Virus record (IMG/VR): IMGVR_UViG_3300036715_004471
Location: 186,001 to 250,000 of that record
DNA: 64,000 bases
Direction: 5' to 3' (one strand)
Part shown: in pieces, positions 9,798-20,789 of the stretch
How the letters are laid out: every line of letters begins with the position of its first letter
Position numbering within the stretch: position 1 is the stretch's first letter
Notes under the pieces: generated by a model
Databases searched by the model: none
The model's input: only the letters and a program-made list of their open reading frames with translations
What the model was told of the DNA's origin: nothing
Position numbers and translations under genes: made by a program

Positions 9798-11806
9798 ATA
9801 GAGCCTCCAAATTCTTTCAAAACCATTCTACCTTGCACCGTTAATGTTTCACACTCAACAGTAATATCAGAATCCGCAGATAATCTCATATTTTGACCGG
9901 CATGAATGGATAGATTTCCGGGCGTTAATATTTTTACACCCTCATCATCAATTCTAATCATAGTAACTCTAAGACCAGAATTAAAAACTCTTATATCTAA
10001 TGCCGCACCGATATGACCATTATTTTGCTTAACAAATCTACTATCTGTAGATACGCCCATGCCACCCACTTGAATAAATACATCACCATTCATAGATAAG
10101 GCGCCGCTCATATTATTCATATCTCTGCCCACATTTAATACCATACCTCCGGCTAAATCTGCCCATAAAGATTGTCTATCAGAAGTATTCGCCCCAATAT
10201 TCAAATCCAAAGATCCATCCAAACTAATAGATCCGCTGCGTCCGCCAGCATTAGCTTTATCTCCACTAATTGTAATAGTATCAAGAGCCACTTTGGTTAT
10301 CAAAGGAATTTTAGCTACTGCACTCTTACTAAATACAGGGTTTTGATCATCAGATACATATTGCAAAAAGTCTGATTTTTGATGAGCATAACATGTAGCT
10401 AAAACATCATGATAAGCTGTGCCATGTTTAATATGGGATTTTGTAATTCTATCTAGTGGGGCGCCATCAGCGCCGTCATCATTCAATTTAATAGATCCTT
10501 TATCGTCAGAAAATGAACCATTACTAATATTGAAAGCACTTGCTGCGAAACTATCTTGAAAAATATCTAGATTATCATCTCTAAAAATTAACTTATTCGG
10601 ATTGTTATTATCTTCTGAGCCAAATGAAGAATAGTTTTCATATCTAGTTAATAATGGTATATTTCCCGTTTCACTAGAAGCTGGAACATTCCATTTGAAA
10701 ACCCCCTCTTTATCAACATCTAAAAAGAAACGGCTTCTATTTCTTGCATAATCATCATTAGAAGTAATATCAGGTAATGTTATTTGTCCATTTTGACCAG
10801 TTAAATCTTTTCTAGCATTAATCTCAAAATGATAAGCTAAACTCTTTCTTTCTAAGGCTTTAATCAATTGAAAAGATTTAACTTTATCAGTACTAGTTGC
10901 GGCACGAAGAGTGTTTTGATCTTTTCCAATAGGAAGAGGAGCTCTATTCAAATCTAAAATGTTACCGAAAATATCAACAACTGTACCCTTAATAGTCTCC
11001 ATCAAATAATTAGGAGAAGCTAAGGTTAAACTCAAAGTATCTGATCTGCTTTTTCTACGATTTGGAAAAGTAAAAATGGTAGATGGTGGTTTAGTATTAC
11101 CATATAAAGTTGATTCAAACAAATCATCATTTATTTCTGATGAATATTGAAATTCATAAACCATCTCTCTTTTTTCTACAAAAGGAGGGTTCTTTCCCGA
11201 ACCCGTAATAATAGGATTTGGACTGACTGTTGGGTCCAATCCAATCAAATAAAACTTAGAATCATAACTATCATTTTCTAGTTTTGAATTTTGATCAAAA
11301 TTTGTATTTGGTTTCAAATCTCTTTTGATTAATCCATCTACTCTTCTTGATGCTTGTGTAAAATGATTTTCGTTGTAGAAATTAGTTGTAATTAAGTTAG
11401 ATTTTGCATTGATATGTATCTTGTTATTTGATCCGCCAATGTTAATATCTGTACTGGTATTTAGAGAAATTTTAGATTCGTCAGCAGCTCTGATTAACAA
11501 CTCTCCGTCTGTTAAAATAGGAACTACTGGTAGATTTTCTGCTAAAAATGAAACGAAATAATACTGTCCACCACTACCTTGTCCAACTACAACTGGTGTG
11601 CCGGTGGCGGGCTTAGTTCCAATAAACAAACCATTATTATAGAACATAGTATGTGGCGCCGGCACATCAATTGACTGTGCTTGTCCTCTGATAGACGAAA
11701 CTGTATTGAGTCTTACTTTAAGTAAACCTTTGCTAGAATCATATCCAATGATTGCTCCAGTTCTTAAAAGACCAACTTCTTCATCAAAAACATGATTATT
11801 TACCAT
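9794..11806 (-). CDS. Baseplate central spike (gpV/gp5-like); start revised to ATG 11806
   Basis: N-terminal OB-fold-like segment (GAIIGYDSSKGLLKVRL...KPATGTPVVVG); C-terminal beta-helix-like repeats (IRIDDEGVKILTPGNLSIHAGQNMRLSADSDITVE); follows the hub gene. Confidence 0.7.
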   Translation of the reverse strand: MVNNHVFDEEVGLLRTGAIIGYDSSKGLLKVRLNTVSSIRGQAQSIDVPAPHTMFYNNGLFIGTKPATGTPVVVGQGSGGQYYFVSFLAENLPVVPILTDGELLIRAADESKISLNTSTDINIGGSNNKIHINAKSNLITTNFYNENHFTQASRRVDGLIKRDLKPNTNFDQNSKLENDSYDSKFYLIGLDPTVSPNPIITGSGKNPPFVEKREMVYEFQYSSEINDDLFESTLYGNTKPPSTIFTFPNRRKSRSDTLSLTLASPNYLMETIKGTVVDIFGNILDLNRAPLPIGKDQNTLRAATSTDKVKSFQLIKALERKSLAYHFEINARKDLTGQNGQITLPDITSNDDYARNRSRFFLDVDKEGVFKWNVPASSETGNIPLLTRYENYSSFGSEDNNNPNKLIFRDDNLDIFQDSFAASAFNISNGSFSDDKGSIKLNDDGADGAPLDRITKSHIKHGTAYHDVLATCYAHQKSDFLQYVSDDQNPVFSKSAVAKIPLITKVALDTITISGDKANAGGRSGSISLDGSLDLNIGANTSDRQSLWADLAGGMVLNVGRDMNNMSGALSMNGDVFIQVGGMGVSTDSRFVKQNNGHIGAALDIRVFNSGLRVTMIRIDDEGVKILTPGNLSIHAGQNMRLSADSDITVECETLTVQGRMVLKEFGGSI

Positions 11807-11810
11807 AGTA

Positions 11811-14800
11811 TTAAGATTCGCTATTCTGTGTAAATACAAGCCAGCAATCCACTATATAACTAAATAAAGCCTTCCTTATTTTATCAGAACTTGCCGACGG
11901 GGTAGTAGAATCTGTAGAAACTGGCGTAATAGTACTAGTTGAAACTTGATTGCGGGCGGAATCTATAGCCTTTTGACTTGGGGATCTTCTATCATTTAAA
12001 TCATTCAAATTAACAGCTACAATGTTAACATTATCTGGAGAAAATGATTGGTTTTTGATTGGACTATTAGGGTCACCAGATTTTCCAGTTAAAATATCTT
12101 TTACGTCACTTGCAAAAGAACTCAATCCGCCGTCCGCACCACCACCATCATGATAAATTCTTAGTTCTACATTAGCCGTAATGTTATTTCCTTTAGTATT
12201 ATTTGCATTTACCGTATAGGCTGCTGTAAACATCATGTTGTTTAATGTTTGACTATTAAATGCACTGAAAGAATTAGGTGGAGCACTTTGTGAAGAAAGA
12301 GAAGCTAAACCACCAGAACTAGAAGGGTCCTTGATAACTACACCTAGATTATTTTCATTTCCAGAATTAGTTTGTCTTTGAATAGTATACCCGGCAACAT
12401 CTCTATTGTTGTAAATCATTTTGCCAATAATATCCAGTGTGGTTGGAATATATTCGCCAGGAGAATGACCATAAGATAAATCTAATGTAGTTGTAAATCC
12501 ACTTCCAAAAGTAAAATTATGTCTAACAGCAGTAACATAAAATAACATTTGTCTATCTTGCAAATAAACAATTTCGCCGGGCTGCATATACTCATTTCCT
12601 GAAATGGTAACATTTCCTCTAAGAATATTTTTTCTGTTACGACTTAAAATCATACTGGCATATGGAGCGCATTGTGAATTAGGATCACTTAAAAATGGCA
12701 CTCTAATAGTAGCGGCGTTTTTGAATCCATAATTTCTCCATGAATCATAGTCAACCGCCACTGCTGTTACTAACCCATTTCCATTATCTGGAAATGAATT
12801 TAATCCTTCAGGCAAAGCATTAGGCGCAAATGTATTTAATACTCCTTGTACTTCAACCATAGTAAAGTCGGGAGGATTAACTGAAATTTGCATATTTTTT
12901 ATTTGAGCTCTTTTTATGATGTATCTAGATCCTGAACCGGGACCATAATCATCATAAGTTTCATCTTCAATCATATGCTCATACACTTCTGGAACATGGG
13001 AGTTTCCAAAAATTCCTGGAGCTAATAATGAACTTCCAGTTACATTACTTTGATCATCCAATGATTTGAATTCTGTGGTATTTTTAATAGCTGAATAGAA
13101 AAGTTTGATAGCCTTTTGTCTATCTTGTATTTTTTCTTGCAATTCTTTAGTGACTTTGAATACATCAATAGTCTGACCTAACGGCAAAACAACATCTTTT
13201 TGACCGTCACTATTATTGGAAATGTAATCTTTTTTATCTATTCTTTGACCAGATTTAGTTTGTATTCTACTAATCAAAGTTTGAACATAACTGTTATTGT
13301 TAGTAGTAAATATATTTTGAACTGAATATCCTTGTAATCCTAAACCTTGTGCCATCAATTGTTTAACTATAGCTGAATATCTTTGCGAGTTAGAAAAAAC
13401 AATCTTAGTAGATTTAGCTTGACCCAATAATACAGAAGTTAAATCTTGCACTGAAGTATCTGAAGGATCCGTATTAGAAGATTTTATTAATTGATTGATG
13501 TCAGTAATTGCGCCAGTGTTATCTGAAATAAAACTAAACGAATCTCCGGTACCACTAGTTGCCCCACTAGATATAATAAATTGAGTTGCCGAATCATCAT
13601 TTCCATAGTTCAAAATGGCGCAGTCTAATCTAATCATATCTTCTACAATTTCAATTCTTTTTCTCAGAGTATCTATTTGGTCTCCGAAGATATCAGATAA
13701 GAATTGGGGGAATATTTGAATTCCATAAGCTTGTTTCAAATACATCATTTTATAGAATACTGAGCTTGGCATTCTATTATATTGTGGAGGACGAACTCTA
13801 ATATGACCCTGTGTATCAGCAAATACTTCTAAGTTCAATAAATCAGATGCTAAAGTAATTTTATCTCTAACAGAATTGAAATCGTTGTTGTATAATTTAA
13901 TACCATCTGTTAAAGATTGTTCATAAGCTAAAATATCGTAATCTTTATCGTAATAATCATCTACGATAAATAGATTTTTATCTTCATTTGCTCTGACATT
14001 ATAAGACATGCGGCGGGTCAGATAATTCAATTGTCTTCTTAATTCTCTTCTAGAATTTGCATTTGAAGAATTTGAAGGTCCATTAGCACTAAGATTTGAA
14101 TCACCACCACTATCAAATGTAGCATCTGGTCCAGAAGCTGCGGCTAATTGATTATAATCGCTATCTGCTTTTTGAATGTTGTCAATATCATTTTGAATAG
14201 ATTCTTGCAAACTATTTAGTTGTGCTTTAACTTCTAAAAACTGTGGATTAAAACTACTACCAACATCTGAAAAAGCGGAGGCTGCGCCAAATAAAGAAGC
14301 GTCTCTATTCAAATCTGCTAACTTTTGTAATTTAGCATCCAAGTCTTTATTTTTTTGTACAACTCTAAATTGAGATTGCATTGCCAAAGCAAAGCTTTGT
14401 TCATCTACAGATAAACTTTTGAATGGAATAAAGTTTCCCCATAAAGTATTGCTTTTAACTAATTCATTTCGTAATGATGAAATATATGAATGCGCAGCAT
14501 CTTGTTGGCTTTGAGGGTCTCTACCAAATCCATCTATATTTGATGCGGCTCTCCAATAATTAGCATAGTTATATGGTTTTCCAGTAATTAATAATGAAAT
14601 AACATTCATTACATCTTGTCCGGCAAAAGGCTCTTTAGCAATATTAGGATTTCCAACCTTATTTGGATCATTAAGATCGAGTGAGTTTCCAAATTGTACG
14701 AAAACTCCAATTCCCTCTTTCCATTTATAAACTAACCCGTCTGGTGCAAAAACTTCTTTACTTACATTTCCCGTATTTGGATCTACCAAAGTACCTTGAA

Positions 14801-16730
14801 AAAAAGTATCGCTTGTTACTTTTTGACCAGCAATTGGTCCGGCTTTAGCTTTTAATAAACCCTTTTTGTCTTGTGAGGTTCCAAGAATGGCTATATTTTC
14901 ATCCAATAGCTGTGGCGTATCATTTTTGGAATTACTAGTAATAGTATCAAAATTAGATTTGAATGGAGTTAATGTATCATAAATTGCACCATTAAAAGAA
15001 TCTACACCCGGTTTGAAGTTTACTTTGCCTTGATCAAAATAAGCAGTATTGTCTCTACCATTAACATTAACAATAAATTTGCCGTCTGACCATGAATCAG
15101 TAGCGTCACTTACCACGCCCGCAAAAACATGAGTTCCTTCTTTTTCATTAATGAACTGCCCTCTTAAAGCTGTCCATAAATAGTTAGGAAAATCTGCTCC
15201 AACATAAGCTGATTTTTCAGCCTGTAAACTAACATTTCCAGATGGATTGAATAATCCAGTAATAGAGTTAGTTAAGTTAGTAACTGTTTTATCTAAATTC
15301 TGAAGTAAACCAACACCAGTAAACATATTTTGTAAACCAGACAATAACTTATTATCATATCTACTTTTACTACTCATATAGATATGAACTACATCCATTG
15401 GTTGGATGATTAGCTGTCCGGAAAAATTGAATCTCAATTTCTTGCGGGCATAGTTAGTGGCTTTATTTGTTAATTGAAAAGCATTTCTAGAATTTCCTAG
15501 CAACTGCATTTTGTTAAATACAGAGTTTATTAAGTTAGAAAAAACGTTTAATTCTGTATCTGGAACTAACTGTTTAATATTTCCATTGCTACCAATTCCT
15601 ACGCCCTGCTTATCGCTTAAACCATCAAATCCAGCAATTGCTCCGCCTTGCAAATATTCGGGTGATACGTTTACACCACCACCAATACCACCAAATCCAC
15701 CATCATAAGTAAATATTAACTCTATTCCCAATCTATCAAGAACAGCAGTTACTCTTTTTCCAAGTAAAGTATCTGGGTCTATTTTTAATGAAATAGGGCT
15801 GGCGCCTCGAGCAGCTCTTAATTGGCTTAATCTATTTTGAGCATCATGAATGGCTTGATCCGCAGATTGAGTGGTAAATTGAAAAATACCATGATTGCTG
15901 AACATATTAGTAGCATCACTAATAGCTTTTTCAATATCCCAATCTGTAATCAACATCGATTCATATGGATCAACAATGGTTAAATTAAATGAACCTGGAT
16001 TCTTAATACCATCTACTGAAACATTAGTACTTAAATTAGTAAAGTTAGTAATTTCAATAACTCCGGTTCCTTGACCGAATTGTGATTGAAATAGATTGGT
16101 AGCATCTGTAACCCAAGTAGTAGATTTATTAGTGGTATTAAAACCATAAATTCTTCTAACCTTGTCCATAGTCTGTGATAATGTAGTGGCATCAGTAATA
16201 CCACCTGATCCGCCACCACTAATGGAATTAAATAAACTGCCACCAGAATTCGTGTTAATGATATCTGAAAAAGTAGAAATGATAGGCACTAATTGATCAC
16301 TGATATTACCAGCGGCAGAAGTAACCTGTTGAATTTTAGACAATCTTTCAAGGGCAGCAATAACATTGCATTTGTTCTGAAATAAAAATTTCATGGCTCG
16401 ATAATATAATTTTTCATCTTGATCCATGAAATCAGGTCTAAAGTTCTCTGCAATAGAAGAGAACATTCTTTTCTTTACAAACACAGTAGCATTAGGTTCT
16501 TGAAATAAAACTTCAAATTGTTTTGGATCAGCATTGTATGGATCAGTTCTTAAATAACCCTCTTCAATGTACCTGCGTTCTGATGATTGATCGAATTTAG
16601 ACGCAAAATCGCCTAAAGAACCATATTTGGTATTCTGTCCAAAAACTACAGTATCCAAAGTATGATTATTGTTTTCACCAGCAAAAAATTGGCTATTAAT
16701 TGCTCCTGCTAAATCGCCTAAAAAACCCAT
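11811..16730 (-). CDS. Baseplate hub protein (gp27/gpD-like), enlarged; start revised to ATG 16730
   Basis: Hub-like motifs (HVFAGVVSDATDSWSDGKFIVNVNGRD; EVFADTQGHIRVRPP; GNVTISGNEYMQPGEIVYL...FYVTAVRHNF...FTTTLDL); lies between tube initiator and spike. Confidence 0.7.
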   Translation of the reverse strand: MGFLGDLAGAINSQFFAGENNNHTLDTVVFGQNTKYGSLGDFASKFDQSSERRYIEEGYLRTDPYNADPKQFEVLFQEPNATVFVKKRMFSSIAENFRPDFMDQDEKLYYRAMKFLFQNKCNVIAALERLSKIQQVTSAAGNISDQLVPIISTFSDIINTNSGGSLFNSISGGGSGGITDATTLSQTMDKVRRIYGFNTTNKSTTWVTDATNLFQSQFGQGTGVIEITNFTNLSTNVSVDGIKNPGSFNLTIVDPYESMLITDWDIEKAISDATNMFSNHGIFQFTTQSADQAIHDAQNRLSQLRAARGASPISLKIDPDTLLGKRVTAVLDRLGIELIFTYDGGFGGIGGGVNVSPEYLQGGAIAGFDGLSDKQGVGIGSNGNIKQLVPDTELNVFSNLINSVFNKMQLLGNSRNAFQLTNKATNYARKKLRFNFSGQLIIQPMDVVHIYMSSKSRYDNKLLSGLQNMFTGVGLLQNLDKTVTNLTNSITGLFNPSGNVSLQAEKSAYVGADFPNYLWTALRGQFINEKEGTHVFAGVVSDATDSWSDGKFIVNVNGRDNTAYFDQGKVNFKPGVDSFNGAIYDTLTPFKSNFDTITSNSKNDTPQLLDENIAILGTSQDKKGLLKAKAGPIAGQKVTSDTFFQGTLVDPNTGNVSKEVFAPDGLVYKWKEGIGVFVQFGNSLDLNDPNKVGNPNIAKEPFAGQDVMNVISLLITGKPYNYANYWRAASNIDGFGRDPQSQQDAAHSYISSLRNELVKSNTLWGNFIPFKSLSVDEQSFALAMQSQFRVVQKNKDLDAKLQKLADLNRDASLFGAASAFSDVGSSFNPQFLEVKAQLNSLQESIQNDIDNIQKADSDYNQLAAASGPDATFDSGGDSNLSANGPSNSSNANSRRELRRQLNYLTRRMSYNVRANEDKNLFIVDDYYDKDYDILAYEQSLTDGIKLYNNDFNSVRDKITLASDLLNLEVFADTQGHIRVRPPQYNRMPSSVFYKMMYLKQAYGIQIFPQFLSDIFGDQIDTLRKRIEIVEDMIRLDCAILNYGNDDSATQFIISSGATSGTGDSFSFISDNTGAITDINQLIKSSNTDPSDTSVQDLTSVLLGQAKSTKIVFSNSQRYSAIVKQLMAQGLGLQGYSVQNIFTTNNNSYVQTLISRIQTKSGQRIDKKDYISNNSDGQKDVVLPLGQTIDVFKVTKELQEKIQDRQKAIKLFYSAIKNTTEFKSLDDQSNVTGSSLLAPGIFGNSHVPEVYEHMIEDETYDDYGPGSGSRYIIKRAQIKNMQISVNPPDFTMVEVQGVLNTFAPNALPEGLNSFPDNGNGLVTAVAVDYDSWRNYGFKNAATIRVPFLSDPNSQCAPYASMILSRNRKNILRGNVTISGNEYMQPGEIVYLQDRQMLFYVTAVRHNFTFGSGFTTTLDLSYGHSPGEYIPTTLDIIGKMIYNNRDVAGYTIQRQTNSGNENNLGVVIKDPSSSGGLASLSSQSAPPNSFSAFNSQTLNNMMFTAAYTVNANNTKGNNITANVELRIYHDGGGADGGLSSFASDVKDILTGKSGDPNSPIKNQSFSPDNVNIVAVNLNDLNDRRSPSQKAIDSARNQVSTSTITPVSTDSTTPSASSDKIRKALFSYIVDCWLVFTQNSES

Positions 16731-16732
16731 TG

Positions 16733-17584
16733 TTAAAACCCTGAATTGACACTTCCAGAAAATGATGGAGGTGTAGTATATTGGCTTGGACCATTTGTTG
16801 CACTCTTTGCCCAAGGAAAGTAATTAACTCTATATCCTCTTCTTTGAGTTGCAATAAATGTCATTTGATATTCCATTAAGAAATTTTCTGACTTCTCATT
16901 AACAGTCATGTTTTCAAAATATCCTCTGTATGCCCAACCATTATAATACATTTCTACAGTAAATGCTTGTTGTGCCAAAGAGGGAATATTTTGTGCAGCC
17001 AAATTACCGTTAGGAGAACTTGTGCCCAAAAGACCGCCAATGGCTCCACCGATAGCTCCACCAACCGAACCACCGATAGCCTCACCTACATTAGAAAATA
17101 CATTAGATAAAGCATTTGCAGAATTGTTTGCGGCTAAAGTTAAACCAGTAGCGTCAAAAGCATATTGTTCAGCTCTATATATTTCATACAAAACATTAAT
17201 ACCTTCAATGCCTGAACTACCTGTGGTACCAGAAATATTGATTATGTCTAAGTCTTCTCCCCAATACTGAAGAGTATAGCCGCCTTTAGTTCGATCTTTG
17301 TTAATTAATTTTCTATGAGTATAACTGATAGAAGATGGATTAACAAACATTCTTACTATTCCAAATTGAGGAACAAACCAAGTAATAATGTTTCTCTTAA
17401 GTTGAGAGTTTCTATATGTTTCAACTTTGCTGGAAGGCAAACCAGTACCATCTGGCGAGTATGTGGCTGGCAAAAGAAAACCATCAGATTTGAATTGACT
17501 TGCTTGATCAGCATTTAATGGCAAAGCGCCATTCAATGCACCTTGAACAGAATTAATACCATTGATTACATCAGCTAATGCCAT
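16733..17584 (-). CDS. Tail tube initiator-like protein (gp48/gp54-like)
   Basis: MFVNPSSISYTHRKLINKDRTKGGYTLQYWGEDLDIINISG and YRGYFENMTVNE resemble contractile-system tube initiators; directly follows the tape measure gene. Confidence 0.6.
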   Translation of the reverse strand: MALADVINGINSVQGALNGALPLNADQASQFKSDGFLLPATYSPDGTGLPSSKVETYRNSQLKRNIITWFVPQFGIVRMFVNPSSISYTHRKLINKDRTKGGYTLQYWGEDLDIINISGTTGSSGIEGINVLYEIYRAEQYAFDATGLTLAANNSANALSNVFSNVGEAIGGSVGGAIGGAIGGLLGTSSPNGNLAAQNIPSLAQQAFTVEMYYNGWAYRGYFENMTVNEKSENFLMEYQMTFIATQRRGYRVNYFPWAKSATNGPSQYTTPPSFSGSVNSGF

Positions 17585-17586
17585 AT

Positions 17587-19746
17587 TTAAGTCCTCATAC
17601 CTACAGGGTTAACTGAGGCTGCTTGAGATCCACCGTCAATTTCTTTCTTGCACTTGATACAATATCCATTTACATGTACTGTTAATTCGCCCAGCTTGGC
17701 AGGTGCAGATGGCGCCATATCCATTCTTGCTCCTGGACTTCCTGATGAGCCAGGTACATTGATTCTTTGTCTACCAGCACCTAAAACACCAGTTGCCTTA
17801 CCAGCAGCGTTACCAACTACACCAGAAGAAGAATAGTTATTATTTAAAATCTTGTCCCTTTCAATATCTTCTTTTAATTTTAATTCTTGAGATTTATTGC
17901 TTTTATTATTAACACCAATAGCTTTCTTCAAAGCATCAATGGGTGCCTGCAAACTTTGCGGAATATCTCCAAATAACTTATAAAATTCCATAACAGAAGA
18001 TGCTGCTCTCTTACCTGCATCAGCCATTGGAGCCCTAGTTTTGATGTCTCTGGCGTAATCCTGAGCTATGTTACCACCTTCTACTCCAGAGGTAGTCATG
18101 AATTGAGTTAAGTTGCCTTTAGATTTTCTCTGAGCCTCAGATAATTGACCTTGTTGTCCCATGCTGGCTGTCATACCTTGTTGCATGAATCCCAAATTAG
18201 ATACATCTGCTATACTTCTGCCACCTTCCAAGATGCCACGAATTCTACTTAATTCAGTATAAGATTTTTCTTGTATTGCAGTGCCTTTATCAACTGATTC
18301 TTGTACTACACCACCTGACAAATCTGTGGTTGTAACTCTTCCTTCTTGCTTTGCTTTGAATCCTTCTAAAATTCTCATAGCCTCTTGATCAGTTCTGGCA
18401 AATTGACCCATGGGTCCCTGTCTAAGAGACATCATTTGTTTAGTCATTTGTGCCGCAGCTTGTGGACTTTTAGCAGCTTCATCCAAGGAAACAATTTGTC
18501 CAAATTGTTTCTGCATTTGAGTTCTAACCTTCTCAAATACTTGATCCATTTTACCTTCACGAAGCATTTTTTCTATTTGAAATCCACCCATAAGACCACC
18601 GGGACCACCAGTTTGAGCAGACAAAAATGACTTTTGAGCTATGTTCAAATTAGCCACCGCATGAGTCATATTAGTTACTACATCTACAGCTGCATCACCA
18701 CTTAATCCAGTAGACTTCAAAGCACCAACATAGTTATTTAAGATTCTAGCTGATGCCTCAGCTTCATTACCAAACATCTTAAAAACATTAGCCGTACCTC
18801 TCAATGAATCTCTGATAACATCTAAATTAGTACCAAATTTATTGCTGACCTCGCCCATACGAGCAGTGAATTTTAAAGCATCTTCACCTGTTAAATTGTA
18901 ATCTTTGAAAGCAACTTTCAAATCATCAATTACATCAGCATAAGAACGACCAGTACCAGTCGCTAATTTAATAGTAGCAGTCAACATACTAATAGACTCA
19001 GAGGCACTTCCACTGCTTTTCACATTTGATTCTAAAGCCTTAGGAATTGTTCCAAGTTGAGCATAATAACTTTCTATTACTTCTGGTGCTAAACCAGTAG
19101 TTTTAACAGCGTTAGCTACTAATGCAGTCTGCTTTTCTAGCAATATATTTAAATTTTCTAAATTTGGTCCAGCAGCTTGAAATACTTGTGATAGATTGCC
19201 AGTTCTAGCAGATAATTGAATGTATGCATTTTGTACTCTCAATGCATTATCAGCACTTTGAGCCAAATTAAGTACAAAGTTTTTAACAGCAGAGATGCCT
19301 TGTTTAATTACTGCTTCTGGAACCATTTTTCCAAATGATTGTTGTGCAAAATTAACTAGCTGTCCAATTCCACTTTTAGCATCAGTAAAAGTAGATGTTA
19401 AATACTCTATTTGACTAGTAAGTGTACTGAGATTATTGGTATCTATATTATGAAGGTTTTGAAAAGATTCTCTGGTTCCTAATACAGCCGCACTTAATAA
19501 ACCAAACTGAGTAGTTTGTTTTTCAGTAAGAGCCATAGATTTGTTAAGAGAAATTCCATAGTCAGTTAAAGTATTATTAAAAGCACCTAAAGCATCTTTA
19601 GCACCTAAAGCGAAATTGCCTAAATTATTCAGTTTATCACCTGAATTTTTAGATGCCACCGATAAAGCATCAAGAGCTTGTGCAGTTTTATTAGCAGCAT
19701 CCGTTGTGTTATTTAGATCTGTAGATGTTGGGTTATCATTAACCAT
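17587..19746 (-). CDS. Tape measure protein
   Basis: 719 aa, helical, rich in Ala/Gln/Ser/Gly; follows the frameshifting chaperone pair. Confidence 0.75.
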   Translation of the reverse strand: MVNDNPTSTDLNNTTDAANKTAQALDALSVASKNSGDKLNNLGNFALGAKDALGAFNNTLTDYGISLNKSMALTEKQTTQFGLLSAAVLGTRESFQNLHNIDTNNLSTLTSQIEYLTSTFTDAKSGIGQLVNFAQQSFGKMVPEAVIKQGISAVKNFVLNLAQSADNALRVQNAYIQLSARTGNLSQVFQAAGPNLENLNILLEKQTALVANAVKTTGLAPEVIESYYAQLGTIPKALESNVKSSGSASESISMLTATIKLATGTGRSYADVIDDLKVAFKDYNLTGEDALKFTARMGEVSNKFGTNLDVIRDSLRGTANVFKMFGNEAEASARILNNYVGALKSTGLSGDAAVDVVTNMTHAVANLNIAQKSFLSAQTGGPGGLMGGFQIEKMLREGKMDQVFEKVRTQMQKQFGQIVSLDEAAKSPQAAAQMTKQMMSLRQGPMGQFARTDQEAMRILEGFKAKQEGRVTTTDLSGGVVQESVDKGTAIQEKSYTELSRIRGILEGGRSIADVSNLGFMQQGMTASMGQQGQLSEAQRKSKGNLTQFMTTSGVEGGNIAQDYARDIKTRAPMADAGKRAASSVMEFYKLFGDIPQSLQAPIDALKKAIGVNNKSNKSQELKLKEDIERDKILNNNYSSSGVVGNAAGKATGVLGAGRQRINVPGSSGSPGARMDMAPSAPAKLGELTVHVNGYCIKCKKEIDGGSQAASVNPVGMRT

Positions 19747-19749
19747 TTA

Positions 19750-20112
19750 TTATCCTTGTTTCACTGGACGGCGCTTCTTTCTTTTTACCTGCTTAATGTC
19801 CTTTTGTTTTTCTAATTGTTCGTTGATTTCTTTAACCATTCTGGTAGATTCTTCAAACTCTTCATCAGTAGAAGTATGAACATTACCATCTCCCAATAAC
19901 TGCTTAACAGCTTCTGGATTCCAGAATGATGCTAATAGATATGCGTGATTTTTAGCTAGTTCAGCCTGTTCATTCTGATCTGCTAACCAGTTTTCATACA
20001 TCCACATTTTTTGAACCGGATCCATATCTACTATTCTAGGATCATCTGGGGTAGTCTTAAAAATCTCTTTACACAAATACCATGCAAAGCGATGATCCGA
20101 TTCATGTATTAT
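19750..20112 (-). CDS. Tail assembly chaperone, downstream -1 frame part (lambda gpT-like)
   Basis: The -1 frame is open from the A7 slippery site (IIHESDHRFAWYLCKEIF...); the track's TTG start at 20076 has no obvious RBS. Confidence 0.7.
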   Translation of the reverse strand: MIHESDHRFAWYLCKEIFKTTPDDPRIVDMDPVQKMWMYENWLADQNEQAELAKNHAYLLASFWNPEAVKQLLGDGNVHTSTDEEFEESTRMVKEINEQLEKQKDIKQVKRKKRRPVKQG

Positions 20113-20777
20113 TTTTTTAAGTCGTCAATTATCTCCCTTGCTTCCATTTCATTTCTTATGGAATACTTGTTTCTAGCTACTTCTGCCATCTTCAAATATT
20201 CATCATACAATCTATTAAGCAAAGGCTCATGTAATTCATCAATAAATGATAATTTCATTTCTAGATCATCTGAACCAACAAATTGAGAGAAATTAACACC
20301 CGCAATTTCCACTAAAGAACGAGCTAAAAATTGTCTTCTAACTTCAAAAGGAGACTGTACAGTTCCATCGAATTCAGAGGCTGCCATAATGGCTTCTCTC
20401 ATTGACTTGCCTGGCAAAGTTTGTAAAACAAAGACATTTCCATCAATATTTACATCATGCGTAGTGCGAGTCATATTAAGAAGCATTTCAAGTCTTCTTT
20501 TAGCACCCTCATTTAATTTTTCTTTTCCAGAAATTTTAGCTTTTCTAGCCTCTCTAAATTCTCTTTCAAGTTCAGCAGGATCTCTTTCTGATTCTTGCAT
20601 TCTATGTTGAAAATTTTGAATATCCGTATCATCCAAAGGCGGTAATGCCGCTCTTCTTCTAACTATCGGATTTACCACATTTTCAGGTGTTAATCCACTT
20701 TCATCTGGAATATCAATTTCTCTCATTCCAGAACCACCAAACTTCTTATTTCCTAAAGGGCTATCAAAACCAGGCAT
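20109..20777 (-). CDS. Tail assembly chaperone (lambda gpG-like); start revised to ATG 20777
   Basis: Lies between tube and tape measure genes; GGAG RBS; ends TTA AAA AAA TAA. Confidence 0.7.
   Translation of the reverse strand: MPGFDSPLGNKKFGGSGMREIDIPDESGLTPENVVNPIVRRRAALPPLDDTDIQNFQHRMQESERDPAELEREFREARKAKISGKEKLNEGAKRRLEMLLNMTRTTHDVNIDGNVFVLQTLPGKSMREAIMAASEFDGTVQSPFEVRRQFLARSLVEIAGVNFSQFVGSDDLEMKLSFIDELHEPLLNRLYDEYLKMAEVARNKYSIRNEMEAREIIDDLKK
20112..20118 (-). other. Programmed -1 ribosomal frameshift slippery site A AAA AAA
   Basis: X XXY YYZ heptamer in the last codons of the chaperone gene; SD-like AGGGAG (20133-20138) 14 nt upstream. Confidence 0.7.
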
Positions 20778-20789
20778 TATAAACTCCAC

